Origin: Schizosaccharomyces osmophilus
Lineage: Eukaryota
Direction: 5' to 3'
Assembly: GCF_027921745.1 (NCBI RefSeq)
Contig: NC_079238.1
Location: forward strand, 4,960,001 to 5,024,000
DNA: 64,000 nt
The position numbers and the translations under genes were made by a program. Every line of letters begins with the position of its first letter. Position 1 is the stretch's first letter. This document shows, one piece after another, positions 38,068 through 51,519 of this stretch. The notes under the pieces are model-generated. The model saw only the letters and a list, made by a program, of their open reading frames with translations, ran no database searches and had not been told where the DNA came from.

Positions 38068-38545
38068 TTATGCCTTCTTTCCAACCTCGGAAACAGTCAA
38101 GTCTATATAGTAAGTTAGTACTTTCATTGAAATGTCCTAATTCCTTTTCTACCGCCGGCAAGTCGATTTAAAAGGTCCTGCATCTCAACACAAGAACACT
38201 CAATAACTTGCAAGAGTATTAAAAAAGCTTTGTTACATACCAGGAGGAAGAGATTGGCGAAGCTTCTCAGCCTTCTTGGCATCAGCAACGACCAAAGTGT
38301 ACAAGTACTTAGAGCAACGGAGCTTAAACTTAACATCCTTGTTTTGATTCTTCTTGATGCGAGCAGAAGTAGCGTCCTTTCTGCGAGCGATTTCCAAGAA
38401 TTGCTTAATGTCGTTGATTTGACGAGGCTATTTCAAGTTAGTTTTCTATTTCTTGTTCAGGAAGAGCATATGCACAAGTAACTCTACCGCTAAATTCGCG
38501 ACGAGCTTGCGTTTTGCATATCTCTTTTTCACGCATTCTTACCAT
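38068..38545 (-). CDS. rpl38: 60S ribosomal protein L38; exons 38545-38543, 38427-38241, 38102-38068
   Basis: Spliced product [27 protein letters not shown]...[15 protein letters not shown]...[19 protein letters not shown], with strong codon bias. Confidence 0.96.
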
Positions 38546-38603
38546 TTTGTTAAGCTTGGTGAAAGATTAGATCTGTCAGAAATTTCCGTTTTACCAAAAT
38601 TTA

Positions 38604-38611
38604 TGTGACTG
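38604..38611 (-). promoter_or_regulatory. Homol D box (CAGTCACA)
   Basis: Exact TGTGACTG about 60 bp upstream of the rpl38 ATG. This is the fission yeast ribosomal protein core promoter element. Confidence 0.85.
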
Positions 38612-39260
38612 TTCAATTTGATATTTTTCTTCAAGTGCGTAAATTACTTTTAGTGATGATTAACGTAGTCTAACGAAAACGGTTGTTTTAATGGGGTATT
38701 CAAACTGAGTAAAAGAAAAGTAAATAAAACAATTGAGAGAAAAGAATATAGAAGAATTAAACAGGACTTGGAAAGTAATCATCTTGAAGTTCTCACTAGT
38801 GTCATCAAGTTGAGAATTCTTATGTTTATAAACAACATTTCGCTGCCTTGTTTATAGATACAAGGCGGAATGGAATCTTTTAATCGTTTTACAATTCTAG
38901 AAACAGCACTAACTACTTACAAAGGCTCTGGAAAACTACTTCAAAATTCATGTAGAAGTGCATATCTGAATAATATAGCTCAGTAAGACATATACAAGGA
39001 TATGAAATAAAATTGAATTAAATTATACAACAAACTACATATTTAAATATATCTTTATAAAATGTCTTCTTTTCTCCATCAACACATGCCAGCCGAACAA
39101 TAGGAATGAAAGAATTAGACTCAGTGGTACAAAAAATGTGAAAGAAACAGAAACTTTAATATCAAATAGGTTTTCAATTGTCAAATTTTATCATTAATGC
39201 ATAGAATAATGTTCGTTAACCATGTCTTGAATAAATGCATTCGATTTCCTCAAAAAGGGT

Positions 39261-42200
39261 TCAAGAGCTGAGTGTGCTAATTTCCCAACCAGCCGGTTGA
39301 ATGGACATCTTGGGTCCTAAAATAGTGCTTGAAGAAATTTTTCCATTCACCAAATATTGCTTGGCAACACGGGAAACATCTTCTGCTGTTACATCCAAAA
39401 GACGTTCTCTGCGGTGTTGTAACATATCATCTGTAACACCATCTAAAAATTGTAATACGCCTTTTTGGCTTTCGCTTTGAGGAGCATCAATACCTTGGAA
39501 AACGCTTAGTTTTGCCTCATCAAGGTCAGATTCAGAAAACAGATGTGTGGCTGCCCATTCCGAGGCCTCCGTGAAAATTCCTAATGATCGAGATGGATCA
39601 GCATCACGGTAAGTAAAGAAGGAAAGGATTCCATCAACTCCACCATACGAGAGACCAGCACCATAAGCACCGCCCTTTTCGCGAATCTCTCCATGCAAGT
39701 ATTTGTGAGTAAGCAACGATGATAATATTTGTAAAGCTGCTCCATCTTCATGCGTGTATGGAACACCCACATATGACGAGGAGGCGAAGTTCGTTTGGAA
39801 AGGAAGTTCATGATAAACTTGAGTGGAAGAAGGTTCAAATTTTTTAGTGTCCTGTTGCTTGCCTACTGCGGGATCCGCAGATGGAGAAGGCAACAGATTC
39901 TTCAAAGATTTCTTCACGACTTCTTGCTGTGAAGATGCAGCATTCACTGCAACTTTTACATCACGAGTCTCCTTCATAATATGTTGAATTTCTTTTAGGT
40001 AAGAAACTAGTTGATCCAAATCTTTTGCCTTGTTCAGTTCACTAAGTACCTTCACTTGACTAAGGCCATTGAGTTGCTCAGACATACGGGCTTTATCCGT
40101 AAGGCTAGAAGCTGATGACAGGCGTGCAAATGCGTGTCCTCTTTCAGCTATGCCATCAGTAACACCACTGATAGATGTCTTGAGCATAATCGCCAATTTT
40201 TCACGATTGTCAAGGTTTGTGCCATAAAACACTTTCTTAATCAAGTCGGTCATTTTCTCCACATTTTCATCTAAACAGTATCCAGAAACATATAAGTGAA
40301 GTCCAGCTTTATACAAATCTTTAGGATCAGTAACAAGAGATGGTGAAATGTTAATACCGCCAGTGTACCGGCGAATATGTTGCTCAAGTTCAGCAATATT
40401 TTCATCAAAAGTTCCTAAACTAAGACAAGCATCACAGTATACACTAAGATAAGGGAGAAGGTGTTCAGGGAAATCTTTTAAAGGAAATAATACTCGAAGA
40501 TAAGTGAGACCCGGGCTTAATTTGTACCATTGGATAGGAACGTTGTCCATTTTGACAGAGTCAAGCTCAGTCTTTTCCGTAGTTTTACTAATGTCAGAAA
40601 CGCTAAGAGTGGGTAAACAGCTGGTATCCTCAAGCGTTGATTGCTTTTCTAGCAAATCAGCACTGACCTGCTCAATTTCTTTGATTTTGTCTGCCGAAAG
40701 AGATGAGACGTGCTCTTGCAACTTTTGAGCCTCCTTCTTCTGATAGTTCGTTGAGAAATCAGCGGAAGGATACATACTAAAAACAAATCGTGACTTGTTC
40801 TCAAAAACATACTTTTGAATCAATTTTTGGAATAATCTTCCATCTTTGTTCTCATTTTTGAACCATTCAATCTGCTTATTCCAGGAAAGATAATCTGCCG
40901 GGTCCACGCCATTGAACCAGTAAAATGGAACTGATTGAGCTAATCCCATACCAAAGTGAGCAGACTTGTGCTTCAAAGAAATTTCCATTTGATGAAGAAT
41001 AGCATCTAACTTTTCTCGTTTGAATCCGTTCTTTGCCAACTTTTCGAACACAGAATACACTTTTTCTTCTAATAAGGGAAGTGCATCATTGGCAGCTCCT
41101 TCAATTCCAACAGAGAAAACTCCCCGCTTTGTGGTAGAGTCGTAGCCACTGTTGGGAGAAAATTCTGAGCCTAGTCCCGACTCAATAAGAGCTTGGTACA
41201 TAGGTGAAGAAAAGCCGTCCAAACATAGTCTAGAAAGTAACTTCAATGCAAAGGTTTCGTAAATATCTGCCGTATCATTTGCTAAAAATGAAACTGAGAA
41301 CTTAGCCTGTTGGTCAGGAGGCATCACAGGGTCTGCAGGACCGTACTCGGTGACACGTTTTTCGGATTCGAAATCAGCCAGGTACATTTCCGGTTTATTG
41401 ATTGTTTTAGGGGAAAAATGCGAAAAGGTTTCACTTAAAGCAGCCAGATTCTCCTTTAAGGGAAATGAGCCATAAGAGAAAATCTTTGCGTTCGAAGGAT
41501 GATAATGAGTTTTGTGAAAGTTTACTAATTCTTCATAGGTCAAATCCGGAATAGCAACTGGATCTCCTCCACTGTTGCAGCCATACGCAGTTCCTTGAAA
41601 GAGACGTTGTTGAAAGAGCATGTAAAAGACGTAGGAAGAGTCGGAGACTTGTCCCTTCATTTCGTTGAAAACAACACCATTGTAGATAATAGGAGTAGAC
41701 TTGTCTTTTACATTTGAGTGTTCAAAACGCCACCCTTCTTGTAAAAAGTCAAGCTTTCTTAATTTTGGGAAAAGTGTTGCGTCTAAATAAACGTCTCGTA
41801 AATTTTTGTAATCGGTAGGATTGACAGTTGCAAAAGGATAGAATGTGAAATCTGAAGCAGTAAAAGCGTTCATGAAGTTTGCCAAACTGCGATTCAGCAT
41901 TTTAAAGAATGGATCCCTGACTGGATACTTCTTACTTCCACATAATGTAGTGTGTTCTAAAATGTGAGGAATTCCCTTATCATTATCTGCGGGTGTATGG
42001 AAGCCAATGCTGAACACATTATTAGGATCATTTCGAGAAAGATGGATCATATCAGCCTTAGTAGCATCATGCTGCAAACGAATGTACTCTAGCTCTAATT
42101 CAGGTATCTTTCTTTTCTAAAAAATGTTAAAATAAGCCTGTGCGAAACTTCTCTAGGAAGTATGAAACTTACATCTATGACAGAAAAGTCGTGAATCTTT

Positions 42201-42292
42201 TCACCGACATGAATCCAGCGACGAAAAGTTCTACCAAACTCATTTTTTATGTTTTTATTACGACAGAACGAAGATATTCTGGCGTGATTCAT
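39261..42292 (-). CDS. cym1: Mitochondrial presequence protease (pitrilysin M16C); intron 42117-42172
   Basis: HILEH (HxxEH) zinc motif, YPVRDPFFKML, IREKGGAYG, basic N-terminal presequence. Confidence 0.95.
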
Positions 42293-42503
42293 AGTTTTCG
42301 AAAAACTATGGAATATTGGTTTTGGACACGAACGTTAGGTATGGTTACCCTGTGCAGTTGAACTCATGTAAGCAATCCATTACAGAAAATCGTTGAATCG
42401 ACTCTCCTTTTACTCTTACTGTTTTTCCCATTTACCTTACCTGAGTTCCGATATAGAATACCAAAATTATTTAGCTTTGTTTCGTTTGTTGTACATTATA
42501 AGT

Positions 42504-43922
42504 ATGTCTGTTTGTGCCATCGTTGATGCTATGTTTGAAGCTAGAGAAGGCTACCAAATAAAAAGGATATTTCCCGATAACGTAAGTCTTGAAGGAATTG
42601 AATATTCTCTTTTTCCTAGCGGGATTCAACAGTTGGATCGGTGCATGGTAGCATTTCGATTTCGAAACCAGCTATGTTTAAGCGTTTACAGGAAGAAACT
42701 AGGAGAGTATTATGAAAGGAATGCATATTTCTCTTCAATTGGTATTCTCTTGGAAGATGTGAATATGAGCGTCGAGGAAGCTGCTGCGAAATACTTGAAT
42801 CTTTTGGACTTCGTATCAAAAGCCATTGTCTCCCCCAGTTCATTGAAAGATCCCGAGAATGTGCTTCAATTTGTTTACCATGATTTTCAAAAGGCCATTC
42901 AATCTTCGTACAATGCCGGTGAGCCTTTAGAAGAGTATCAGCAAGGATTGCAATCAGCCGTGATAGAGCAAGACTTCAGTGCCATTCTTTCCATCTTCAA
43001 TACTAGGGAACAACTTACGTATGATTCATTTTCTCCTAGTCTAGTTCGACATTATTATTCATTGATAGATAATTGGCTCGGTCCGGTTTTCCTCATTTTA
43101 TATAAATGTTTGATGCAAAAGAAGCGGATCCTCTTGGTTTCATCACCAAGTGAAGAGATATACTCGATTATGGATAGCATGACTCGTTTAACTTCTGTTT
43201 CTGGTGAAGAAAATCGTGTTCTTCCAAATCCCTTATGCAAGTTCTATTCTGTAGGCCTTACAGATATCGACATCCTTGAAAATTCGAATCAGGAAAGTGG
43301 GTGGATAGCCTCCACGACTGATTCGGTATTGTTATCAAAATCTTCTCTTTATGATGTTGCCTTCATTTGGCCAACAAACCCGTTATCCAAGCCGGGTCCT
43401 CCAAAAATACAGCTTTCTAATGGCTATTCTTTAAAACATTCCTATGAGGATTTATTGAATTCACGTTTGATTTCTGACAAATTTGATCCACGGATTGCAA
43501 GTACCTCAAAATTCACGAATTATTCAATTGGTGCTATAATACATATCATCCTTTTCAACTCTACACGCTTTCATTTGGTTCAATCCTTAGTTTCCACTAA
43601 TCAAACAAATTTATTTGCAGCTTTTCCGAGGTACAATCAGTTTCTTTTGAACCTCTTGAATCAGCACCATGACAGCATTGGCATTTCAGATATGAGAAAC
43701 TTTGGGTGGAACCCCTTTAGACAACTCGATCGTGATTTTGTTTTTAATGTTGCTCAGTTTTGGGTTCACAAACACGTCCATTACCGCTATCCTTCGTATG
43801 CTTACCTGATGCAACCGACTGCTTGGGGGGTCCATTCCCTTTTACTCTTTTTCAGTATATGGAAAAGGTCTGTTCCTACAATGCTTATTTATTTATTGTT
43901 GTTAAAGTGGTGGTACAGTTAG
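42504..43922 (+). CDS. DENN-like (DUF2347/Anr2-like) conserved protein with C-terminal hydrophobic segment
   Basis: FEAREGY, GIEYSLFPSG, LGPVFLILYK..KKRILL, FYSVGLTDI, GWIASTTD. First ATG at 42504. Confidence 0.7.
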   Translation: MSVCAIVDAMFEAREGYQIKRIFPDNVSLEGIEYSLFPSGIQQLDRCMVAFRFRNQLCLSVYRKKLGEYYERNAYFSSIGILLEDVNMSVEEAAAKYLNLLDFVSKAIVSPSSLKDPENVLQFVYHDFQKAIQSSYNAGEPLEEYQQGLQSAVIEQDFSAILSIFNTREQLTYDSFSPSLVRHYYSLIDNWLGPVFLILYKCLMQKKRILLVSSPSEEIYSIMDSMTRLTSVSGEENRVLPNPLCKFYSVGLTDIDILENSNQESGWIASTTDSVLLSKSSLYDVAFIWPTNPLSKPGPPKIQLSNGYSLKHSYEDLLNSRLISDKFDPRIASTSKFTNYSIGAIIHIILFNSTRFHLVQSLVSTNQTNLFAAFPRYNQFLLNLLNQHHDSIGISDMRNFGWNPFRQLDRDFVFNVAQFWVHKHVHYRYPSYAYLMQPTAWGVHSLLLFFSIWKRSVPTMLIYLLLLKWWYS

Positions 43923-44034
43923 TATAATCTTTGATGAACATGGTATATTTATATAATTCTTGTTTGCCTAAAACCCAAAAATGAAATCAACTATATCTAA
44001 GAAAAAAAAACAATGAAGTGATCAAAACTTTATT

Positions 44035-45278
44035 TTACTTTTGCATTTTTTCTGTCAAAAGTTCGAGCAATTTCTCATCAGAAACGTCATCTGGAATGCC
44101 CAAAGATATTCTATATTGCCTTAAAATATCCTCTGCGGCTTCATCCGTGGGTTCCTCTTCATCTGGTTCTACAAATTCACCATCGTACTCATCCTCTTCC
44201 GCATCAGATATTGTCTCTGCTGGAGCATCCTCTTTGGATACATGCATGTCCTTCATGAGCTTCGACAATTGAGCCTCCTTTTGTTTTTCTTTGTCCTGTT
44301 TTTGATTTTCTTTTAATCTTTCTATTTCTGGAAGATAGTCATTCTCATATTCTTGAGCTTTGGAATCCACTGCCTTCAAAAAGTCGTCCATTCCTTCACC
44401 GGTCACTGAGGAAACAGATACAAAATCCAAGTGTCGATAAAACTCTTCCAACATCAAAGACATGCTATTTACGAGAGATCCCATATATCCAGAAGTAGCA
44501 CCTTCAGCGCTTGTTCCTTCGTCCTTAACAATTGCCTGTTGAAATTCTTCAAAATCTGTCATCCACCTCTTGGCAAATTCGGCATCTTGAACATCACACT
44601 TATTGTAGACAATAATTAGAGGAAGCTTCGTCTTATATAACATAGAGCAAGCATAAAGCATCGATGACATGAAAGTAGAAGTTGATGTGGAACGAGGAGT
44701 GTCAATAACGTAGGCAATGCAGGTGGGCCATGAGCTGGCAAGCGTATCGCTGATAATAGTGCCTGATGCTGACCACTGGAAAATCTCAATTTGGCCAGGA
44801 GTATCAATCAAAATATGATCAACGGTTGGTGCGCGTTTCTCTAAAATTTTTAAAACTTGATCAAATTTGGTAACAAATAAATTCAAACTGGTCATAATGC
44901 CACCATTGGGACCCAATTTGTATCTAAACAAACCGATTAGAAACGCTCTCTTAAAAGAATTTTGATAGCAAAGTTACATACTGCTTCATAACTTCTTTAT
45001 AATTGATCGTATCGCGAATATCAATATTTGCTTCATAAGGGAGATTCTTGACAGCAGGATCTAAATTTACAATATACGGAGGATTCTCCTTAGAATGTAA
45101 GTGCGCATTCAATTGTTGTAGGAAGGTTGTTTTTCCTATAATTTTAGGTAAGCAACTGATCGAGCAAGAATGGTGACGACTCTCATTTTAACTAATTGTT
45201 TTATTTCATACCTGATCCTGCCATTCCAACAACGATAATTGAGGAAGGTTTCTTTACTTTTTCATCCATCTCTGGCAT
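44035..45278 (-). CDS. gpn1: GPN-loop GTPase Gpn1/Npa3, 2 introns
   Basis: GMAGSGKTT P-loop across intron 1, [28 protein letters not shown]. Confidence 0.93.
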
Positions 45279-45541
45279 CTTTTAAATTTGGAGGGGATTT
45301 GGTAAGTGGTATGTGCAAAATCTGAAGAACGAACGAGTTGTATCCTCAAAAGGTGTTATACGACAGTGACCTAAAAGTTTTTTATTCTTTATTTTAATTT
45401 GATTTATTTGAAGATATTCCTATGTACTTCTTATGTCAAACAGACATTTAGTAATCATCAGAATCGGTAAACATGAAAAAATAAAAACACACATAGATGG
45501 CTCAGAAAAAAATATAGAATTGTTCAGATTCTTCTTGCAAT

Positions 45542-46963
45542 TTATATTTTATGAGTAAAGGGCCTACGAGTAGGCATGGATCGACTATGATCAATTCCAC
45601 TTGATTTTGGAATAGAGGTAGCTGTCGTGTGCACTTGAAAACTATGATTTTTGTTTAAACTTTCGCCTGCTAAAGCTGCTCGAGCATTCATGAACTGTAC
45701 AGGGATATTATCATCGGGCTTGTTGGAAGCATTACTTAATGATGAATCTACAACTTGTTGAGGCGGCAATGGGTCATCTGATTCTTCCAATTCATCTAGC
45801 ATTCTTTGATTCAAGTTAATAACTTTTTCATATTCCAGAAATCATACTTACTCCTCGAAATCGTCTACTCGAGGTGATTCGGGCACTAGTGGACGGTCAT
45901 TATGCATAAGAAATGTATCGAGCTCTTCATCTTAAATTTAAATAGATTAGCATTTCAGTCTTACTTTTTAATCTTGCTTACCAGCGTACAGATCCGTTTC
46001 GGAATGGGCTATTTCAGGAGACAACCTCGTGTTTGGTAAACCCGAGTAATCACTGCCTTTCGATTCGGACACTTCTTTCATTCCACGTTTCATGTTGTTT
46101 AAGCGATGGTTTGAGTTTCCTTCAGAAATCTGTTCAGTTTTGATAGGCTGTTTTGTTTCATTTGCTGCTCTTTGATTTTCTGACAGTGGCCTTAAAGACG
46201 ATGTCCTCCGACGAGGTCTGTTTCTTTGTAAAAGATTTGAATAATTAAACTCACTCTTGCAAATATGATTAGCACACTGAAAGAATACAACTGTATTAAA
46301 GTCCTTTTTATACATACCTTGGGTGCTGCCATCCTAGATATCTTCTGAATATAAGTTTTATCATAAAGACAATTCCCCATACTACTGCCAAAGTTTCTTA
46401 GCGCACGTTTCAATCCATCCGTGGTGCCCTCCTTTTTACATTTTTCAAAAGCTAGCGCTTTTGCTCGACAATTGTCTATGGATCCATATCCAACGTCCTA
46501 GTCATACCGTTAGTATCAATACAAAAGGAAGCTGGTTTCGAAAATTCTATTACTTCATGAAATGCTCCATCCTTCAGTGTTACGCGAACAATTACACTCA
46601 GGCCGATACTGTACTTTTTTGTTTCTTTTGATTCATCAACCTGCATTTGTTAGATTTATTTTTGATTTTTCATTTCATGAACAATTCTGTTGTTGAAAAT
46701 AAAGGATTTCGTACATAATCCACATGAATGCTTTGAACAGAAGAAGACCATCCATTGAACCCAAAGATTTCATTGGCAAGCTCAATTGCTTTCCATGCTT
46801 CTAGATAAGTTACGGATGAGCCGCCAGGCCCACTTCGACGGGAGATATATTCTGGTCCCAATTGCTTTCTAAGCAATTGGGACATTTCCTCGTGCTCCAA
46901 AGGATTAAATGGAGTTTTCACGTTTCTGATTTCATTCAAATTTGTACCATGTTGCTGCTCCAT
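45542..46963 (-). CDS. rti1: Rad52-family DNA annealing protein, multi-exon
   Basis: [60 protein letters not shown]. Paralog identity (rti1 versus rad52) comes from recalled sequence and synteny. Confidence 0.85.
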
Positions 46964-47425
46964 GGTTTCTTTCTGTTTTAAGGATTTCTTCACAGAATAG
47001 TTCACGTCTGGTACTGGTGTAAAAGGATTCGACGCGAATTATGTATTGCTCCAATTTGACCACGTCGCCTATATGTTTCTATAATTTTTATAATTCAGAA
47101 ATTATAAAACTATGTAAAGACTCTAAAATTCTAAATTCAACGCGTTTCTTCCTCGTTCAGTATCATACTAACGCTAATTATATTTCAGAGAATGCGTTTA
47201 TATTTATAATGTTTGGAGCTTTATAATACTAAAAAGGGTTGTATTTTGAATTGTTATTTGTAAATATAAACAATTAATTTGAAAGTAAAACAGCAAGAGA
47301 AAGATTTTCTAATTAGAAATAATAGGTTATGAGTAAATGTTTGAAACGTTGATTTAAGTTACAATATTTAACAAGCGTTGAAAGGGGTTTTCAGTTAAAT
47401 AGGTCTGTTTCAACAACTGAGTAAC

Positions 47426-47452
47426 TTTTTTTTTTTTTTTTTTTTTTTTTTT
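47426..47452. repeat. Poly(dT) tract of 27 nt
   Basis: Counted directly in an AT-rich intergenic region. Confidence 0.9.
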
Positions 47453-48089
47453 CTTCAAGCTAAAGGGAAAAGTAGATATGAAATTCAACTTTGCTACTGT
47501 ACCATTTATTAGGTTCATTATATTCATCTATATTATGTACAATTCCCATTCTATATAAAATGTAGTGACCAGTTCTGTTTATTTCCATTTCAGGTAGAAA
47601 CATCCAAACGATACTACACCAGCAAAAAGCAGAAATGAAGTTGAAGAGAAGATGAAATTAAAAAAAGGCAAAAGACGCTACAATGGATTTGGGGCTACCG
47701 ATGGTTCGAGAAACAAATGTTATCAACCAAGAAATTCAAACATATATTTGATCAAACAACTAACTAGAATTATCCCAAGCCATCGTTTAGATGGTAATTG
47801 AATCGTTCGCATCATTAAGGGAGTATAATTTCTGTGGTTCTCTTGTTCGTTACTTTGTTCCACATACTCTTGTAAGTATACTAACTTTATCACCGTTTTC
47901 ATGCCTAAGAACATTAGTGTCGAAGTATAAAATCAACTAAATCCCTTTTTTCATACACAACCATTCCAATCCATTTTAATATTCCCAAAACGTTTCATGA
48001 ACTGTCGATGCAATTAAATAAATTTCAGCAAAATGAATATATCCTCCAGAAACGTACTTATAATGGAACATGTAAGTAAACTCAACAAA

Positions 48090-48171
48090 GACACTATGCC
48101 TGAGTGGTTAAAGGGATAGATTAGAAATCTATTGCGGTCTCCGCGCGCAGGTTCAAATCCTGCTGGTGTCG
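48090..48171 (+). tRNA. tRNA-Ser (anticodon AGA)
   Basis: Acceptor GACACTA/TGGTGTC, D-arm with TGG, anticodon arm ATAGA-TTAGAAA-TCTAT, long variable arm GCGG-TCT-CCGC, T-arm GCAGG-TTCAAAT-CCTGC, discriminator G, then a TTTTT Pol III terminator. Confidence 0.96.
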
Positions 48172-48745
48172 TTTTTCTACCTTTTTGCAAAAGCGAAAAA
48201 GGTAGATTCAACATGTGTCCATAGATGCTATAGGAAGCTCGTTCAAAGATTTTATATTTTGAGTTCAATCGCACATATGTTGGATTCACCGTCCGTGGGC
48301 TCATTTCAGTTGAGAATATACACAGACTTATTTGAGATTTGCTTTATAGTGCGAATTTTTCCATCATAGGGATTGAGAATAATTACTTGGGATCTAAATT
48401 CATCATTTAAAGGTTGAGTGAATGAAATGCGCATTTCAAGTTCATGTACGACATGCTACTGCGGAGGAATTACTTGATGATTTGATCATTCGTAGTAGAA
48501 TCTAGATATCATGTATCCAATATTTTTAAATGCAAATAAAAAGAGGAAATAATGAAAAGCATCGCTCCAAGGGTCACTACCATAGACACACCTTTTCGTT
48601 TTAATTACTGCTTTTTTAATGCAAGCTTCAGAATACCTTTTTTGTGGTTCCCAAAGAGTAACGATTCTCATTAAAAGTATGCATACAAAGAAAAGTTTAA
48701 TTTAAGAAACTTGTCATAAAAAGGGTTCGATGCAACAAATATAGA

Positions 48746-49007
48746 TTATTCCTCTTTCCTTGCAGCTTCCAACAAGGGCTCAACCTTTTTCACTTTCAGA
48801 GCTTTCAATAAACATTGCTTATAATCATAAAACAAGTCATCACACTCTCTATTGTGGATATCTCCTTTCAAAAACTTGTTTACATACCAATCGTTGAAAC
48901 AAGTATCATATTTTTGCTAAGGAAATGTTAGCATAGTCACCAGTATAACAAGCCATTCGGATTCTTACCTTTGCAGGTGTGCACTCTTCAGAAAAGGAAG
49001 AAGACAT
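48746..49007 (-). CDS. mdm35: Twin CX9C mitochondrial intermembrane space protein (Mdm35/TRIAP1), 69 aa; intron 48917-48968
   Basis: Not in ORF track. Spliced product MSSSFSEECTPAKQKYDTCFNDWYVNKFLKGDIHNRECDDLFYDYKQCLLKALKVKKVEPLLEAARKEE. Confidence 0.94.
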
Positions 49008-49541
49008 GGTATTATTTTGGGAGTATTTTTAGGAAAAATCAAAGAGAATAGCAATCAATTGTTGGAATCTCGTTCTGCAATAGAAGAACAATCCAAAATT
49101 TTTTTTAATTCTTTAGCATAGAAACAGGAACTACTTTTAATCCTTTTCTTGGTTTTTACGCAGAATTCCACTCGAAATGAGTGTTTGGTGAAAGATGATT
49201 TCGCGTTGCCTGTTTCTGTTCCACCATCTTTCTCCATACTACCAACCCCAGTAGGAATGACATAAGATTGAACCGTTTTCGTTCAAATTTTGGTTAATAA
49301 TTCGTATTTATTTATTTATTCAGCATCAATTGAACATTGGGACGTTTGTAAAACTAAAACGGCGAAATTTGGAAAAGTCGTTGAAAACGAAGAAGAATCG
49401 AGGTTTCTTTTATACGCTATTTTATTTGTACTCTACAAGTTTCGTTTGTTAGAGTAATAATTTTTGTCTTTACAAACAAGGGACTTTGACACTGTTGATA
49501 TCCAATCTTTACAGTATTCTACATAAGCAGTTGTTGCCATT

Positions 49542-51104
49542 ATGTCAAATTTAGCAGACGAATTATTAGCTGATCTAGGCGATGATTTCGAAAATCAGCC
49601 TCAAAACGCGGAAGAAGAAAACGCTGATGTTCTTGAACAAAATAACAAGAAGAGAAAATTCGAGCAGTTATCGGAAAATGGGGATGACCTTTCCTCTGAA
49701 TTGAACAATGATTTAGGTCCAATAGAAGGTGTTGAAGATGAGAATGATCAACAGCAACCTACAATCGCTGAAACTGATCGTCTAATTTACCCATTCCTTC
49801 ATTCTGATCGATTGAACGCTGTAGTCAAAGAAATTGAAAAGTACCAAGGTACTGAGAAACAAGCTATTACTGGAAACATCGAAGACGACCCAGAATATCA
49901 ACTCATCGTCGACTCGAATTCAATCGCTATGGAAATTGACGATGAGATTTTACGTCTTCATCGCTTGGTGAAAGAATGGTATTACAATCGTTTCCCAGAG
50001 TTGAGTGGACTTGTTTTGAACGCGTTTGATTATTGCAAAACCGCCTTGGCCCTTTTAAATGATCTTGAAAATAGCAAAAGCAAACTTTCTTTTCTTCCTT
50101 CCGCGACTGTCATGGTAATCGCTACAACATCAACTACCACAACAGGACGCCCATTACCAGAGGATATGATTGAGAATGTGAAACAGGGATGTATTGCAAT
50201 TGAAAAACTAAGCGCTACCAAGGCCAAAATTTTAGACTATGTGCAGTCAAGAATTAGTGTGGTTGCTCCAAACCTTTCTATCATTGTGGGCTCGACAACG
50301 GCAGCCAATTTGATCGGAATTGCCGGAGGACTTACTAGGTTGGGCAAATTTCCTGCTTGTAATTTACCGGCATTAGGTAAGAAGAGGTTGACGACAATCG
50401 GGATTAACAATCCAGCCGTTAGTGGTGATTACGGATTTCTTTACATGTCGGGTATTGTCCAAAAAACTCCACCGGATGCGCGGAAACAGGCAATACGTAT
50501 ACTTGCTGCGAAGGTAGCGTTGGCTGCTCGGATTGATTCCATTCATGAATTTTCTGATGGCTCCTTCGGTACACAAACACGAGCAGAGGTGGAAAGAAAA
50601 ATTGAAAAGTTATTAGAGCCTCCATCTCAACGACCCACCGTTGCATTACCCGTTCCTGATGATAAACCTAAACGTCGCCGCGGTGGTAGAAGAATTCGTA
50701 AGATGAAGGAGCAATATGCCGTCACTGAGCTCAGAAAAATGCAAAACCGTGTGTCCTTTGGCAAACAAGAAGCTGAGGTTCTTAATTATGATGAATCAGA
50801 AGGTCTTGGTATGCTTGGCCAAGAAGGCGAAGGCAAGATTCGTGCTGCTTCCATCGATACCCGCACCAAGCTGAAAATTCCAAAAGCAAGGAAAGCTCAA
50901 CTTCAATCAATGGCACCAAAGAATCCTCTCCAAGCAAGCGGTTTACAGAGTTCATTATCGTTTACTCCAGTGCAAGGTATAGAACTTGTAAATCCTTTGC
51001 TACAGAGACAGAAGCAAATGGAAGACGGTAATAAGTGGTTCCGCGATGGGGTGTTTACACAAATAAAAAAGGAATCGAGTGACAGCCAAAAAAAGTTTTC
51101 ATGA
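49542..51104 (+). CDS. prp31: U4/U6 snRNP protein Prp31
   Basis: NOSIC/Nop domain ([28 protein letters not shown]), [22 protein letters not shown]. Confidence 0.96.
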   Translation: MSNLADELLADLGDDFENQPQNAEEENADVLEQNNKKRKFEQLSENGDDLSSELNNDLGPIEGVEDENDQQQPTIAETDRLIYPFLHSDRLNAVVKEIEKYQGTEKQAITGNIEDDPEYQLIVDSNSIAMEIDDEILRLHRLVKEWYYNRFPELSGLVLNAFDYCKTALALLNDLENSKSKLSFLPSATVMVIATTSTTTTGRPLPEDMIENVKQGCIAIEKLSATKAKILDYVQSRISVVAPNLSIIVGSTTAANLIGIAGGLTRLGKFPACNLPALGKKRLTTIGINNPAVSGDYGFLYMSGIVQKTPPDARKQAIRILAAKVALAARIDSIHEFSDGSFGTQTRAEVERKIEKLLEPPSQRPTVALPVPDDKPKRRRGGRRIRKMKEQYAVTELRKMQNRVSFGKQEAEVLNYDESEGLGMLGQEGEGKIRAASIDTRTKLKIPKARKAQLQSMAPKNPLQASGLQSSLSFTPVQGIELVNPLLQRQKQMEDGNKWFRDGVFTQIKKESSDSQKKFS

Positions 51105-51519
51105 AATATACAATGACACTTACGGTTAGGGATTTGTAATGAGAATGCTTCATGTATATAGTGCAAAAAATATACAAAGGAATGCAACATGAATAAACTA
51201 AGGTAAGAAAATAACTATTCTTTTAATAAAAAATAAGAGCACTGGATGGTTGACAGTAGAAAATCCGACGGTCCAACTCTTTCAAGTAATTCCATGAACC
51301 AGCCTGCGAGTTTTTTACACTGAAGAGGAAATAATAGACAGACACAAGTAAACGTAAAAAGACAGATCGGTATGAAAAAGATATTTAATATTACACGTTT
51401 TAAAAGAACAGCAGCCTTCACAATAAAATATATTATTGAGAATGAGGAAGATGCAAATTTGAATCGTTACAAATTGTAGACGAAGAGGAAAGAAAAAAGA
51501 GAGCGAAGTTTCACTTATT

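Noticed and set aside
38103..38240. Possible snoRNA in rpl38 intron 2
   Set aside because: No C/D box pair or H/ACA architecture was found.
48014..48369. ORFs overlapping the tRNA-Ser gene
   Set aside because: Spurious. TPAGFEPA is the typical antisense translation of a tRNA T-arm.
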